Notes: generated by a model from the letters alone, not told the origin. Shown: positions 8,033 to 16,493, counted from the first letter of the stretch. The stretch: DNA of 36,850 nucleotides from an uncultured Bacteroidaceae bacterium (GCA_964367645.1 CAYIYN010000004.1:1-36850), one strand, 5' to 3'. A program made the numbers and translations.

Positions 8033-8884
8033 TTATTTGATTTTTGAAATAATCTGCATTATTTGGTCGGACAAAAATTGCCTTTCAGATGCGATATTCC
8101 ACAGTCCCTCGCGCAATATCAGCGCAACAATTCGCCACTTTGCCACTTCGTCGAAGTTTATATTTGTGGATTTTTCGTAATGCTTCATAAAACTCTTGCC
8201 AAGTGACTTTCTGACAGTTGCATAGAAAAGATATTGCAGTTTGCTGCATCCCGGAAACAATTCTGCGTCGGAGAAGAAAAACTGCATCATAGCGACCTCA
8301 CATTCGGGCTGACCTTTTGCGGCGGTCATCCAGTCGATAGTGACGGTTTTTTTGGTTTTTAGGTCGATAAGCACATTCCCCGTGTGGAAATCAAGATGCA
8401 AAATCGTATTATCCGAAGGCAGAGCGCGAATATAGGCTTTTGCCGCGGCGATTTCTTCTCCGCATAAAAAATCGAATATATCTTTGTTGTCAAGGCATTC
8501 ACATGCGATTTCTCTAACGTCACGCAGTTTGTCGCTGTGGCATTTTTGAACTTTGACGTGCTCCGCTGCCAAAATTCCGCCGGCGGTAAACAACAATGCA
8601 GGATTTTTTTCGGGTGCGTTTGTCATCGGAATGCCGTTGAGTTTGTCCAAAATTATGCCGTAGCGGTTTCCGCTTTTCACCTTGCCGTAAACTTTCATCG
8701 GTGTTGCGCCGCGAGCGCTTACTTCACAAGTATTCAGGTATTCCAAATCCACGTATTCTTCGGGATAATCGGCTAAATATAATTTCAACAATTTGCCGTC
8801 ACCATAGTTAAACACCTCGCTGGATCTGCCATGTTCGGTCGGTGCGTCTTTTATCTCGTTTATGATTTCAAACGGTATGCTCAT
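8033..8884 (-). CDS. Aminoglycoside phosphotransferase/choline kinase-fold kinase
   Basis: GRSSEVF P-loop, LLKLY, LHLDFHTGN catalytic loop, IDW; RBS AGGGG. Confidence 0.85.
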   Translation of the reverse strand: MSIPFEIINEIKDAPTEHGRSSEVFNYGDGKLLKLYLADYPEEYVDLEYLNTCEVSARGATPMKVYGKVKSGNRYGIILDKLNGIPMTNAPEKNPALLFTAGGILAAEHVKVQKCHSDKLRDVREIACECLDNKDIFDFLCGEEIAAAKAYIRALPSDNTILHLDFHTGNVLIDLKTKKTVTIDWMTAAKGQPECEVAMMQFFFSDAELFPGCSKLQYLFYATVRKSLGKSFMKHYEKSTNINFDEVAKWRIVALILREGLWNIASERQFLSDQIMQIISKIK

Positions 8885-9578
8885 TTTGTTTCCCCCTAAA
8901 ATGTTTAAAATGTTTTGTATTGTACATCGCGGCAGATGAATAGGTTTCCGCCATACGACGCTGTCTTTTTGTGGATATCGTCCAAGTTACAAAGGGCGGA
9001 TATTTTTCACGCTCGGTCTTATCTTTCGGCGCCCCGTAAACGTGACCTATGACGCAGTCCGCCTCATAAGGAAGCGGCGGCAGCGGAGGTCTGAAACAGG
9101 AGTAGCCAACAAGCCGACCCTTCTTTTTCAGATACTCACCTGCTTTTTGTGAAAATCCTATAAACACCAAATCGCCCTCATAATTTTCGGTGAGTTTTAT
9201 TAGAGCGTCAACAAGAGTTATATCATTTTCTCGACATTTAAGTTCTACAAAAATCGGCACTCTGCCACTGACGGCAGATAGTACTTCGTCAAATGTGGGT
9301 ATCGTTTCTTTTGTGAATTGCAAACGGCAGTTTTTCAAATCAGATTTTGTCAAATTTTCGATTATTCCTATCTTAAAACACATTCGTTTAAGCGATGAGT
9401 CGTGAAATACCGCAACCGTGCCGTCTTTTAGAAGGTGTACGTCGAGTTCTATTCCAAATCCTAAATCAGCCGCCCTCTTTATTGCCCTTAAAGAATTTTC
9501 GGGAGCGCCTTTATAATCCCAACACCCGCGGTGCGCGATTATCTTAAAATCCAACATAATCTTTTGGATATCTCTCAA
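8868..9578 (-). CDS. Glycerophosphodiester phosphodiesterase (GDPD)
   Basis: IAHRG, PENS, IELDVH, VFHD, IPTFDEVL, VELK. Start placed at TTG 9578 after AAGGGAG (ATG 9557 is an alternative). Confidence 0.9.
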   Translation of the reverse strand: MRDIQKIMLDFKIIAHRGCWDYKGAPENSLRAIKRAADLGFGIELDVHLLKDGTVAVFHDSSLKRMCFKIGIIENLTKSDLKNCRLQFTKETIPTFDEVLSAVSGRVPIFVELKCRENDITLVDALIKLTENYEGDLVFIGFSQKAGEYLKKKGRLVGYSCFRPPLPPLPYEADCVIGHVYGAPKDKTEREKYPPFVTWTISTKRQRRMAETYSSAAMYNTKHFKHFRGKQNEHTV

Positions 9579-9621
9579 ATTTACTCCCTTTTTTGCGATT
9601 TTATTGTTGTCTGTAAAGATT

Positions 9622-9660
9622 ATTATATTACAATAACGTTTCTTTTTCAAGAAACATTAT
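9622..9660 (-). promoter_or_regulatory. Sigma-A promoter of the GDPD operon overlapped by a 12-bp inverted repeat (candidate TetR operator)
   Basis: Minus strand TTGAAA-N17-TATAAT (9650-9622); ATAACGTTTCTT-N4-AAGAAACATTAT at 9633-9660 (11/12 match). Confidence 0.75.
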
Positions 9661-9668
9661 CCCAATAG

Positions 9669-10277
9669 TTAGTCCTGCTTTATACTCGATGCAAAATACA
9701 ACGTTATGGTGTTTTGTATTAAGCGAGTAACTTGACCTTTTAATTCATCCGCGCTGATAATATTATCGTTTAGCGTCCACCACTTAATTAGGCTGATCAT
9801 TCCGCCTGAAAAGAATTCCGCCAGAAGTTTGACGTCCATTGGATTATGCTCTTCTCTTTGCGGCAGTTTGCCGACCTTGCCCACTACGTTTTGAACGAGA
9901 ATTTCGTGCACTTTGTTAAAAATCAGAGAACAGTCGGTTTTTGTTATAATCGTGCGCAAACGCTTGAGGTGAGTCAATATGAAATTTATCCCAACTTCCA
10001 ATACGTCATTATAATAAACCAGCAGATTGCTATCGCCGTGCACCTTGTCCACTTCGTCATCAAAGCCTATCATGATGTCGTAGATACATTTGTCAAGCAG
10101 TTGGTATTTGTCCTCAAAATGAGTGTAAAAAGTGCCGCGATTGATGAGCGCCCTGTCGCAAATGTCAATAACCGTGATATTGTTGAAGGACTTTTCGTCC
10201 AAAAGTTCATAAAATGTGTCGATGATGGCTTTTTGTGTGCGTTGAATTCTTAAATCTACTTTGCCTTGTGCTGCCAT
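9669..10277 (-). CDS. TetR/AcrR family transcriptional regulator
   Basis: DLRIQRT...ITVIDIC..ALINRGTFYTHFEDKY HTH; start ATG 10277 after GGAGG. Confidence 0.93.
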   Translation of the reverse strand: MAAQGKVDLRIQRTQKAIIDTFYELLDEKSFNNITVIDICDRALINRGTFYTHFEDKYQLLDKCIYDIMIGFDDEVDKVHGDSNLLVYYNDVLEVGINFILTHLKRLRTIITKTDCSLIFNKVHEILVQNVVGKVGKLPQREEHNPMDVKLLAEFFSGGMISLIKWWTLNDNIISADELKGQVTRLIQNTITLYFASSIKQD

Positions 10278-10302
10278 AATACCACCTCCGCTAATCAATC
10301 AA

Positions 10303-10331
10303 ATTATATAGGTTAACCGTACAACTGTCAA
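10303..10331 (-). promoter_or_regulatory. Perfect-consensus sigma-A promoter of tetR
   Basis: TTGACA-GTTGTACGGTTAACCTA(17)-TATAAT on the minus strand. Confidence 0.9.
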
Positions 10332-10364
10332 GATAACAAGATAGCAAGATAACAAGATAACAAG
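10329..10364. repeat. Octamer tandem repeat (CAAGATAA) x4.5
   Basis: CAAGATAA CAAGATAG CAAGATAA CAAGATAA CAAG, abutting the tetR -35. Confidence 0.9.
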
Positions 10365-10423
10365 CGTAAAGTAGCATTGGCAGGTTATTCCAACAATAAC
10401 AAATGGATAATTCTATTGAAAAA

Positions 10424-10957
10424 TTACAAAAAGAACATACGACGCTTAATAGCGCGTGAGCAATAACAAGCGGCAACGACAAGCACCGCATCTTTTAAGA
10501 TAAAAGGAGCGGAAACAATTAACAGTGCCACGGAAAAATCCGTACCTGCAACAAAAGAATACTGCAATGCACCGAGCAGATGACAAACAATAAGTCCTAG
10601 CAGCCCTGCAGCAATCGGAAGATAAATTTTGTCCGACTTATTTAAGGCTCCGCAAAGAAGGGAAAACGGAATGAATCCCCAAATAAAACCGCCGGTGACA
10701 CCAATCAGAGCCGCGACACCTCCGTTAAACGAAGCGAAGACGGGCGCACCGACTGCGCCTAAAAGGATATAAACGCCAACCGCCGCAACTCCTAGTTTTG
10801 CGCCCAAAAGATAACCGATGAGTGCCAAAGAAAAAACTTGCAAGGTTAGTGGCACACCCGGCAAAGGAATACAAATCCACGAAGTGACGGAAATCAACGC
10901 CGCGGACATTGCAATATAAATTGCGCTCTTTGATGATTTTAATACTTTTGTATTCAC
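10424..10957 (-). CDS. bioY: Biotin ECF transporter S component BioY
   Basis: VPLTLQ, YILLGAVGAPVFA, TGGFIWGF, PFILKD; hydrophobic; GTG start overlaps the rocD stop (GTGA). Confidence 0.92.
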   Translation of the reverse strand: MNTKVLKSSKSAIYIAMSAALISVTSWICIPLPGVPLTLQVFSLALIGYLLGAKLGVAAVGVYILLGAVGAPVFASFNGGVAALIGVTGGFIWGFIPFSLLCGALNKSDKIYLPIAAGLLGLIVCHLLGALQYSFVAGTDFSVALLIVSAPFILKDAVLVVAACYCSRAIKRRMFFL

Positions 10958-12144
10958 TTTGTGAGGGCAAGAGTTATGCGCGCCACTGCGTCGTCAAGTT
11001 CACTTTCGCCAATTGTGATGGGCGGTGCAAAGCGTATGGTGCGCTCGTGCGTTTCCTTTGCCAAAACTCCGTTTTCAATCAGACGGTGAACGTAGGCTGC
11101 GGCATTGGTCGAAAATTCGACACCCACGAGCAGACCTCTGCCGCGCACGTCAATGATATCGTCGTTTTTAATCTTTCTTAGTGCCGACATAAACTTTTCG
11201 CCTTTCTCTCTTGCCATTTTAGCGTAGTTATCTCGTTGCATAATTTCAAGTGCTTTTTGTGCTACGGCGCAAGCAAGCGGATTTCCTCCGAAGGTCGACC
11301 CGTGCGAGCCGGGAGTGTAAATGTCCATAATATCGGCATTTGCGGCGATTGCGCTGACGGGCATTATCCCTCCGCCTAGTGCCTTGCCCATAATGTATAC
11401 GTCGGGCACAACGTCTTCGTGGTCGCAGGCAAACACGTCACCCGTGCGTGCAAATCCTGTTTGGACTTCGTCGGCGAGCATAAGAACGTTGTTGCGCGTG
11501 CAGATTTCCCGTACCTTTTTGAGATACCCTTTTGGCGGCACGATTATGCCTGCCTCGCCCTGAATCGGTTCCACCAAAAAGCCGACCGTGTTGGCGGTTA
11601 TGGCGTTTTCAAGCGCTTCGCTGTCACCGTAAGGTATAATTTTGAAGCCGGGGGTAAACGGCGCAAAACCCTCTCTTGCCGTTTCGTCCGTACTCATCGT
11701 AACGATGGAAATCGTTCTTCCGTGGAAGTTGTTTTCACAGCAGATAATTTCCTGTTTGCCGTCCTCTATTCCCTTTACAAAATTTCCCCATCGTCTTGCG
11801 GTTTTAAGAGCGGTTTCCACGGCCTCTGCGCCCGTGTTCATAGGCAAAATCTTTTCTTTGCCGGTGACGGCGCACAAACTCTTATAAAATCCGCACAGTT
11901 CCTCATTGTGGAAAGCGCGTGAAGTCAAAGTTACTTTGTCAAGTTGCGCTTTTGCCGCCGCCACGATTTCAGGATGACGGTGACCGAAGTTCAGCGCGGA
12001 ATATGCCGAGAGCATATCATAATATTTTTTTCCTTCGGGATCGGTGACGACCGACCCTTCGGCTTGTGCGATAACGACGTCTTTGGGACTGTAATTGTTT
12101 GCGCCGTAAAGCGCGGTTTGAGCAATAACTTCTCTGCTGTTCAT
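10954..12144 (-). CDS. rocD: Ornithine--oxo-acid aminotransferase
   Basis: DMLSAYSALNFGH, MNTGAEAVETA, NFHGRT, EPIQGEAG, DEVQTG, GKALGGG (PLP Lys), HGSTFGGNPLAC. Confidence 0.93.
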   Translation of the reverse strand: MNSREVIAQTALYGANNYSPKDVVIAQAEGSVVTDPEGKKYYDMLSAYSALNFGHRHPEIVAAAKAQLDKVTLTSRAFHNEELCGFYKSLCAVTGKEKILPMNTGAEAVETALKTARRWGNFVKGIEDGKQEIICCENNFHGRTISIVTMSTDETAREGFAPFTPGFKIIPYGDSEALENAITANTVGFLVEPIQGEAGIIVPPKGYLKKVREICTRNNVLMLADEVQTGFARTGDVFACDHEDVVPDVYIMGKALGGGIMPVSAIAANADIMDIYTPGSHGSTFGGNPLACAVAQKALEIMQRDNYAKMAREKGEKFMSALRKIKNDDIIDVRGRGLLVGVEFSTNAAAYVHRLIENGVLAKETHERTIRFAPPITIGESELDDAVARITLALTK

Positions 12145-12270
12145 TTCTTGCCTCTATATAATCTTGGAATTAGCATTATTTTCGACTGCGCCGTTCTTGC
12201 CTCACGCTTAGCTCGTGCGCAGTCGCATTATTCCGACTGTCTGTTCTATCTTTGGCTGTCTGTTCTGTTT

Positions 12271-12299
12271 ATTGTATACTTTTTCCATCTTTTAGTCAA
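12271..12299 (-). promoter_or_regulatory. Sigma-A promoter of rocD-bioY
   Basis: TTGACT-N17-TACAAT on the minus strand, implying a ~120-nt leader. Confidence 0.75.
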
Positions 12300-12444
12300 C
12301 CTTTATACCCTCTGCCAAGCAGTTGAATACAGTTATTTTTCTGCTTGGAAGCATTATCTTGTTGTTATGCGACAAATGATTGTTTAGAACTTTCGTTGAT
12401 GAGGAAACATAGGTTCAGTCAACTTGTTCTGCCGAGATAAACTA

Positions 12445-12473
12445 TTGCCTATGACTATTATCAGGTGTATAAT
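12445..12473 (+). promoter_or_regulatory. Sigma-A promoter of the SDR gene
   Basis: TTGCCT-N17-TATAAT, about 30 nt upstream of the ATG with RBS GAGGGAG. Confidence 0.7.
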
Positions 12474-12505
12474 AAGTAATTGTAAATTTGCTTTGAGGGA
12501 GTTGA

Positions 12506-13291
12506 ATGGACAAAAAAGTAGTAGTCATAACAGGCGCAACCGCAGGCATCGGCAGAGAAACCGCCGATTATTTTACTAAAATGGGTCACACTGTTTATTC
12601 ATTGGCACGCCGTACAATCGATGGCTTGAATTGCATCTCCACCGACGTCACCGACCGTGAATGCGTAGCGTCTGCATTTAAACAGATTATTACAAAAGAA
12701 GGCAAAATCGACATACTGATAAACAACGCGGGCTTTGGCGTTTCCGGCTCCGTTGAAGATACTCCCATAGAGGAGGCGAAGCGCATTTTTGACGTCAACT
12801 TCTTTGGTATGGTGAATGGCATTCAAGAAGCCGTTCCGTATCTTCGTGAATCCGGCGGAGGCACAATAGTCAACATAAGTTCTGTTGCTGCGCCGTTATC
12901 AATTCCCTTTCAAGGGTTCTATTCTGCATCGAAATCCGCAGTCCTTTCGCTTAGCGAGGCATTGAGGATTGAAGTTGCGCCTTTTAATATCAAAGTGACG
13001 TGTATGCTTCCCGGCGACGTAAAAACCGACTTCACTGCAAAAAGAATAAAAAACACTGCCGACAATCCCGCTTATGGAAACAGAATTGCACGCTCCGTTG
13101 CCGTTATGGAACATGATGAACAAAACGGCATGCCGCCGATTGTGATTGCAGAAAGCATATATAAACTGGCTATGTCAAAAAATCCGCCTGTCTGCAAAGT
13201 TGGCGGAACAAAATATAAGGTGTTTGTTCTGCTGTCAAAACTGCTGCCGAAACGTCTTGTAAGTTTTGTTGTGGGAAAGCTTTACGGCTAA
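12506..13291 (+). CDS. Short-chain dehydrogenase/reductase
   Basis: TGATAGIG, INNAG, NISS, YSASK. Confidence 0.93.
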   Translation: MDKKVVVITGATAGIGRETADYFTKMGHTVYSLARRTIDGLNCISTDVTDRECVASAFKQIITKEGKIDILINNAGFGVSGSVEDTPIEEAKRIFDVNFFGMVNGIQEAVPYLRESGGGTIVNISSVAAPLSIPFQGFYSASKSAVLSLSEALRIEVAPFNIKVTCMLPGDVKTDFTAKRIKNTADNPAYGNRIARSVAVMEHDEQNGMPPIVIAESIYKLAMSKNPPVCKVGGTKYKVFVLLSKLLPKRLVSFVVGKLYG

Positions 13292-13304
13292 ATTATCAGC
13301 GCAC

Positions 13305-13337
13305 TTTAATCTATTTTTAAGAGAACAACCCTACCTT
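13305..13337 (+). promoter_or_regulatory. OmpR/CiaR-type direct-repeat box plus -10
   Basis: TTTAAT-N5-TTTAAG, then 10 nt, then TACCTT, upstream of the response regulator. Confidence 0.55.
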
Positions 13338-13353
13338 AATGGCGAGGTGTAAA

Positions 13354-14034
13354 ATGAGATTGCTACTTGTTGAAGATGAAAAAGACCTATCCCGCGCGCT
13401 ATGCAAGATGCTGACGGGCGAAGGCTACGATGTCGACACGGTCTACGACGGCATTGACGGCCTCAATTTTTCGTTGTCGGGTATGTATGACCTGATTATT
13501 TTGGACGTTATTATGCCCGGCAAAAACGGTTTTGAAGTTTTGAGCGAACTGCGCAAAAGAAAATTGGAAACACCGATACTTATGCTTACTGCGCTCTCCG
13601 ACGAAAAAGATAAAGTCGCCGGTCTTGACAGGGGTGCGGACGATTATTTAAGCAAGCCTTTTTCTTTTGAGGAACTTTCCGCACGCATACGCGCGCTTCT
13701 CAGACGTCGCGGAAAACTTGTCACCGACAACAAACTAAGTTACGAAGACGCATATTTGGATTTGTCGGGATTTACCCTCTCTACAAAAAAAGGGTCCATT
13801 TCTTTGACTGGAAAGGAATTTGAAATTTTGCGCTATCTTTTTGAATATCCGAATTTTGTGGCGTCCAAAGAGGACTTGATATTAAAGGCTTGGGGCTTGG
13901 ACAGTGACTTTGAATCCAACAACCTCGAAGTGTACGTTTCTTTCATCAGAAAAAAATTGACGCACTTGGAAGCCGCGTTCACGATTGAGGCAGTCCGCGG
14001 AGTCGGTTATAGACTTGTGCCAAAGAAAGAATAA
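13354..14034 (+). CDS. OmpR/PhoB family response regulator
   Basis: LLVEDE, LDVIMP, LTA, GADDYLSKPF, winged helix VYVSFIRKKL..VRGVGY; ATG 13354 after GAGGTG. Confidence 0.95.
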   Translation: MRLLLVEDEKDLSRALCKMLTGEGYDVDTVYDGIDGLNFSLSGMYDLIILDVIMPGKNGFEVLSELRKRKLETPILMLTALSDEKDKVAGLDRGADDYLSKPFSFEELSARIRALLRRRGKLVTDNKLSYEDAYLDLSGFTLSTKKGSISLTGKEFEILRYLFEYPNFVASKEDLILKAWGLDSDFESNNLEVYVSFIRKKLTHLEAAFTIEAVRGVGYRLVPKKE

Positions 14035-14074
14035 TCATATTGCCAAAAGTGCAGTTGAGTTTTGAAAAAAATTA

Positions 14075-15502
14075 ATGCCCTTCTTGGACAATGGGAGAAT
14101 CGTGTCTGACATCATCGACAAAGTAAGGCTAAAGCATATGTTGTACACAACCCTGATAGCAGGGTTGATTTTGCTTGTTTTGTTGGGCGGATTTTTCGCT
14201 CTTTTGATGGCGTCGGTTTTCGGCAATGCGCGCGACACAATGCAAAAAGTTCTTGATTCGCAGGGCGGCGGCCTGCCGGTTGATGATTCAGGCGCAAGAT
14301 GTTTTTGCTTTTATGTATCCGAAAACACGGCTCGTTATTATCCTGCCTATTCACATGACGTGGCTTACTACGGCGCGGACATAAAAGAGATTATGCAAAC
14401 AGCGGCAGATGTAGGTGACGGAACGTTTGAATACGAAGATAAATATTTCTTTGTTGCGTCCAAAGAAAGAGCGGGCGGCGTGACGGACTATGCCGTATAC
14501 GACGCAACCGCAGACAAATTTATGCTGGTCAGAACTTTTATGATATTGATTTCACTTTACGGAGTTACGCTGGTTGTCATCGCACTTTTGGCATATGCAT
14601 TTTCAAGGTCGACAACCGCTCCGCTAAAAGAAGCCCTTGAAAAGCAGCGTGATCTTGTCACCAACGCTTCGCACGAACTTAAAACCCCTCTTGCGGTCAT
14701 TTTCACAGACTTATCGGTTATGAAATCCGACCCTAACAGCACAATCGCCGACAATGAGAAATGGATTGAATCAATTGACGGTCAGATTGCAAGAATGGAC
14801 GGACTCATCAAAAATATGCTAGAACTAAGCAAACTCGAACAATCCACTCTTAAAAAAGACGTTTTGGACTTTAGCGAAATCGTTTCCGTGGCATGTTTGG
14901 AGTTTGAGGCAATCTGCTTTGAAAAGCACGTTGAACTTCTAACGAGCATCAACGAAAAAATCAACGTTTTCGGCGAAAAGAGTTCACTTGAAAGATTGGT
15001 TACGATATTACTTGACAATGCCGTCAAATATTCGGGCGAAAACGGAAAAGTTGGCTGCAAACTAACCGTCGACAAAAAGATAAAACTCACTGTGATGAAT
15101 ACGGGACAGGCGATAAGCGAAGAAGACGCAAAGCACGTCTTTGACCGCTTCTACCGCTCTGACGGCGCGCGCTCCAATCCCGACGGCAACAGTTTCGGAC
15201 TGGGGCTATCCATAGCACATGCCACGGTTGTAGCACACGGCGGCGTCATAACCTGCAAGGGAGTTGAAAACAAAGGTTGCGTCTTTGAAGTTATTCTGCC
15301 GCTCCCAAAAAAGAAGGAATACTCTCCAGTGTCGTTGAAAAACGAAAAATCTCTAAAATTGAAAGGTCTTCTCAAAAAAAGTTTGTTTGATAAAAGTTGT
15401 AACAACGACGATGACAACCCCTTTGAGTTTGAAGCTGAAGAGCCAAACGATGTACAGTCTTCAACCGAAAACGAGGATAAAGATATTAAAAACTACAATT
15501 GA
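14075..15502 (+). CDS. Membrane sensor histidine kinase (HisKA + HATPase, CiaH-like)
   Basis: Two TM segments, NASHELKTPL H-box, LLDNAVKY, FDRFYR, GLGLSIA. Start may instead be GTG 14102. Confidence 0.93.
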   Translation: MPFLDNGRIVSDIIDKVRLKHMLYTTLIAGLILLVLLGGFFALLMASVFGNARDTMQKVLDSQGGGLPVDDSGARCFCFYVSENTARYYPAYSHDVAYYGADIKEIMQTAADVGDGTFEYEDKYFFVASKERAGGVTDYAVYDATADKFMLVRTFMILISLYGVTLVVIALLAYAFSRSTTAPLKEALEKQRDLVTNASHELKTPLAVIFTDLSVMKSDPNSTIADNEKWIESIDGQIARMDGLIKNMLELSKLEQSTLKKDVLDFSEIVSVACLEFEAICFEKHVELLTSINEKINVFGEKSSLERLVTILLDNAVKYSGENGKVGCKLTVDKKIKLTVMNTGQAISEEDAKHVFDRFYRSDGARSNPDGNSFGLGLSIAHATVVAHGGVITCKGVENKGCVFEVILPLPKKKEYSPVSLKNEKSLKLKGLLKKSLFDKSCNNDDDNPFEFEAEEPNDVQSSTENEDKDIKNYN

Positions 15503-15629
15503 AAGGTGTTTTGATTGCAATTTGCCCCCTGCTGGGGTAAAAGAACTGCAATGCGTAGTAATATATTTTGAATTTTTAAAAAATTAATTTTATTTTTAAG
15601 GATACTTTAATGGTGTCTTCTTACAATGC

Positions 15630-15766
15630 AAATGTAGGTTGAAACCTGCAAACATAATCTCTCCCAAGACTTGAGCATCCCAACCGTAATGCGAAAGTTA
15701 TAATCCCTCCCATCCAGGTAATTTTTCGGTTAAAAAAACCCGACGCAATGCGTCGGGTTTATTTTT
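15630..15766 (+). ncRNA. Candidate small RNA, CsfG-like architecture
   Basis: Two near-identical C-rich motifs ATAATCTCTCCCA (15654) and ATAATCCCTCCCA (15700) flank a hairpin, are closed by ACCTG/CAGGT and are followed by a strong terminator. The 5' end is uncertain. Confidence 0.6.
15732..15766. terminator. Bidirectional intrinsic terminator
   Basis: AAACCCGACGC-AAT-GCGTCGGGTTT with flanking A and T tracts. Confidence 0.88.
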
Positions 15767-15881
15767 ATCTTTTGTTTGTTTTTATCTTTTGTTTGTTTTT
15801 TGCTTTTTGGTTTAGTATCTTTATTGTTTTGGCAATTTATTGACTTTTCTCTTTCGTACTGCTTTTGAATTGGTGAGTGGA

Positions 15882-16493
15882 CTAGTTGCCCTTGACAAGT
15901 TCGATAAGTGCAATCGCGCGTTTTAGTGCCAATTTGCTGTTGACTTTAAATTGGAAAGGCACTTCTTCATAAACCTTTTTGTGACCGGTGAAAGTGTGCG
16001 GGGTTTTGCCGTCGTTAAACTGCGGTGCGTCACAGTCTAAAGGTAAATTTACTCGCAATGATGTGCCAATAATGGTCACTTTGGCAATGATATCGCCGTT
16101 TTTGCGGTAAGTGTCGCATTGTTTGCTTATGCGGCTTTTAATTTTTGGCTCACCCTTTGGGGTGGTTGTAAGCACTGTTTTAATTTCCGCATAACGCACT
16201 TTTAGAATATCGTCGGAAAGCGTATATTTTTCTGCAAACGTCAAACTTTTGCGGTTTGCCTTTTTTTGCATAACTTTGTCATAGTTGAAAGGCTTGCCCA
16301 ATGAAGAATTCAAGCATGTGACGGACGGCTCTTTGGACTCTGAATACAATTCAAAAGCCGTGGCGCAAGGAGTTGCGTCCTCTTTGTTGCAACATACGCA
16401 ATAATCGTATCTGCCGCACATATCCGCATGGTTCGTTTCGCTGTCCAGCCATTTTTGCAAATCCAATTTATCTTGAAGTGTTTTCTTGTCCAT
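15882..16493 (-). CDS. Hypothetical protein: Cys-rich N-terminal domain plus basic C-terminal domain
   Basis: ATG 16493 after AGGAG; DMCGRYDYCVCC...PC; Lys/Arg-rich C-terminal half. Confidence 0.8.
   Translation of the reverse strand: MDKKTLQDKLDLQKWLDSETNHADMCGRYDYCVCCNKEDATPCATAFELYSESKEPSVTCLNSSLGKPFNYDKVMQKKANRKSLTFAEKYTLSDDILKVRYAEIKTVLTTTPKGEPKIKSRISKQCDTYRKNGDIIAKVTIIGTSLRVNLPLDCDAPQFNDGKTPHTFTGHKKVYEEVPFQFKVNSKLALKRAIALIELVKGN

Noticed and set aside
8033-8884. Aminoglycoside resistance gene
   Set aside because: Fold-level similarity only; the metabolic operon context and absence of mobile features argue against it.
15600-15766. 6S RNA
   Set aside because: No long irregular duplex with central bubble visible; twin C-rich loops fit a different class.
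15762-15830. T-rich TTTTTATCTTTTGTTTG duplication as a functional element
   Set aside because: Low complexity, two copies only.
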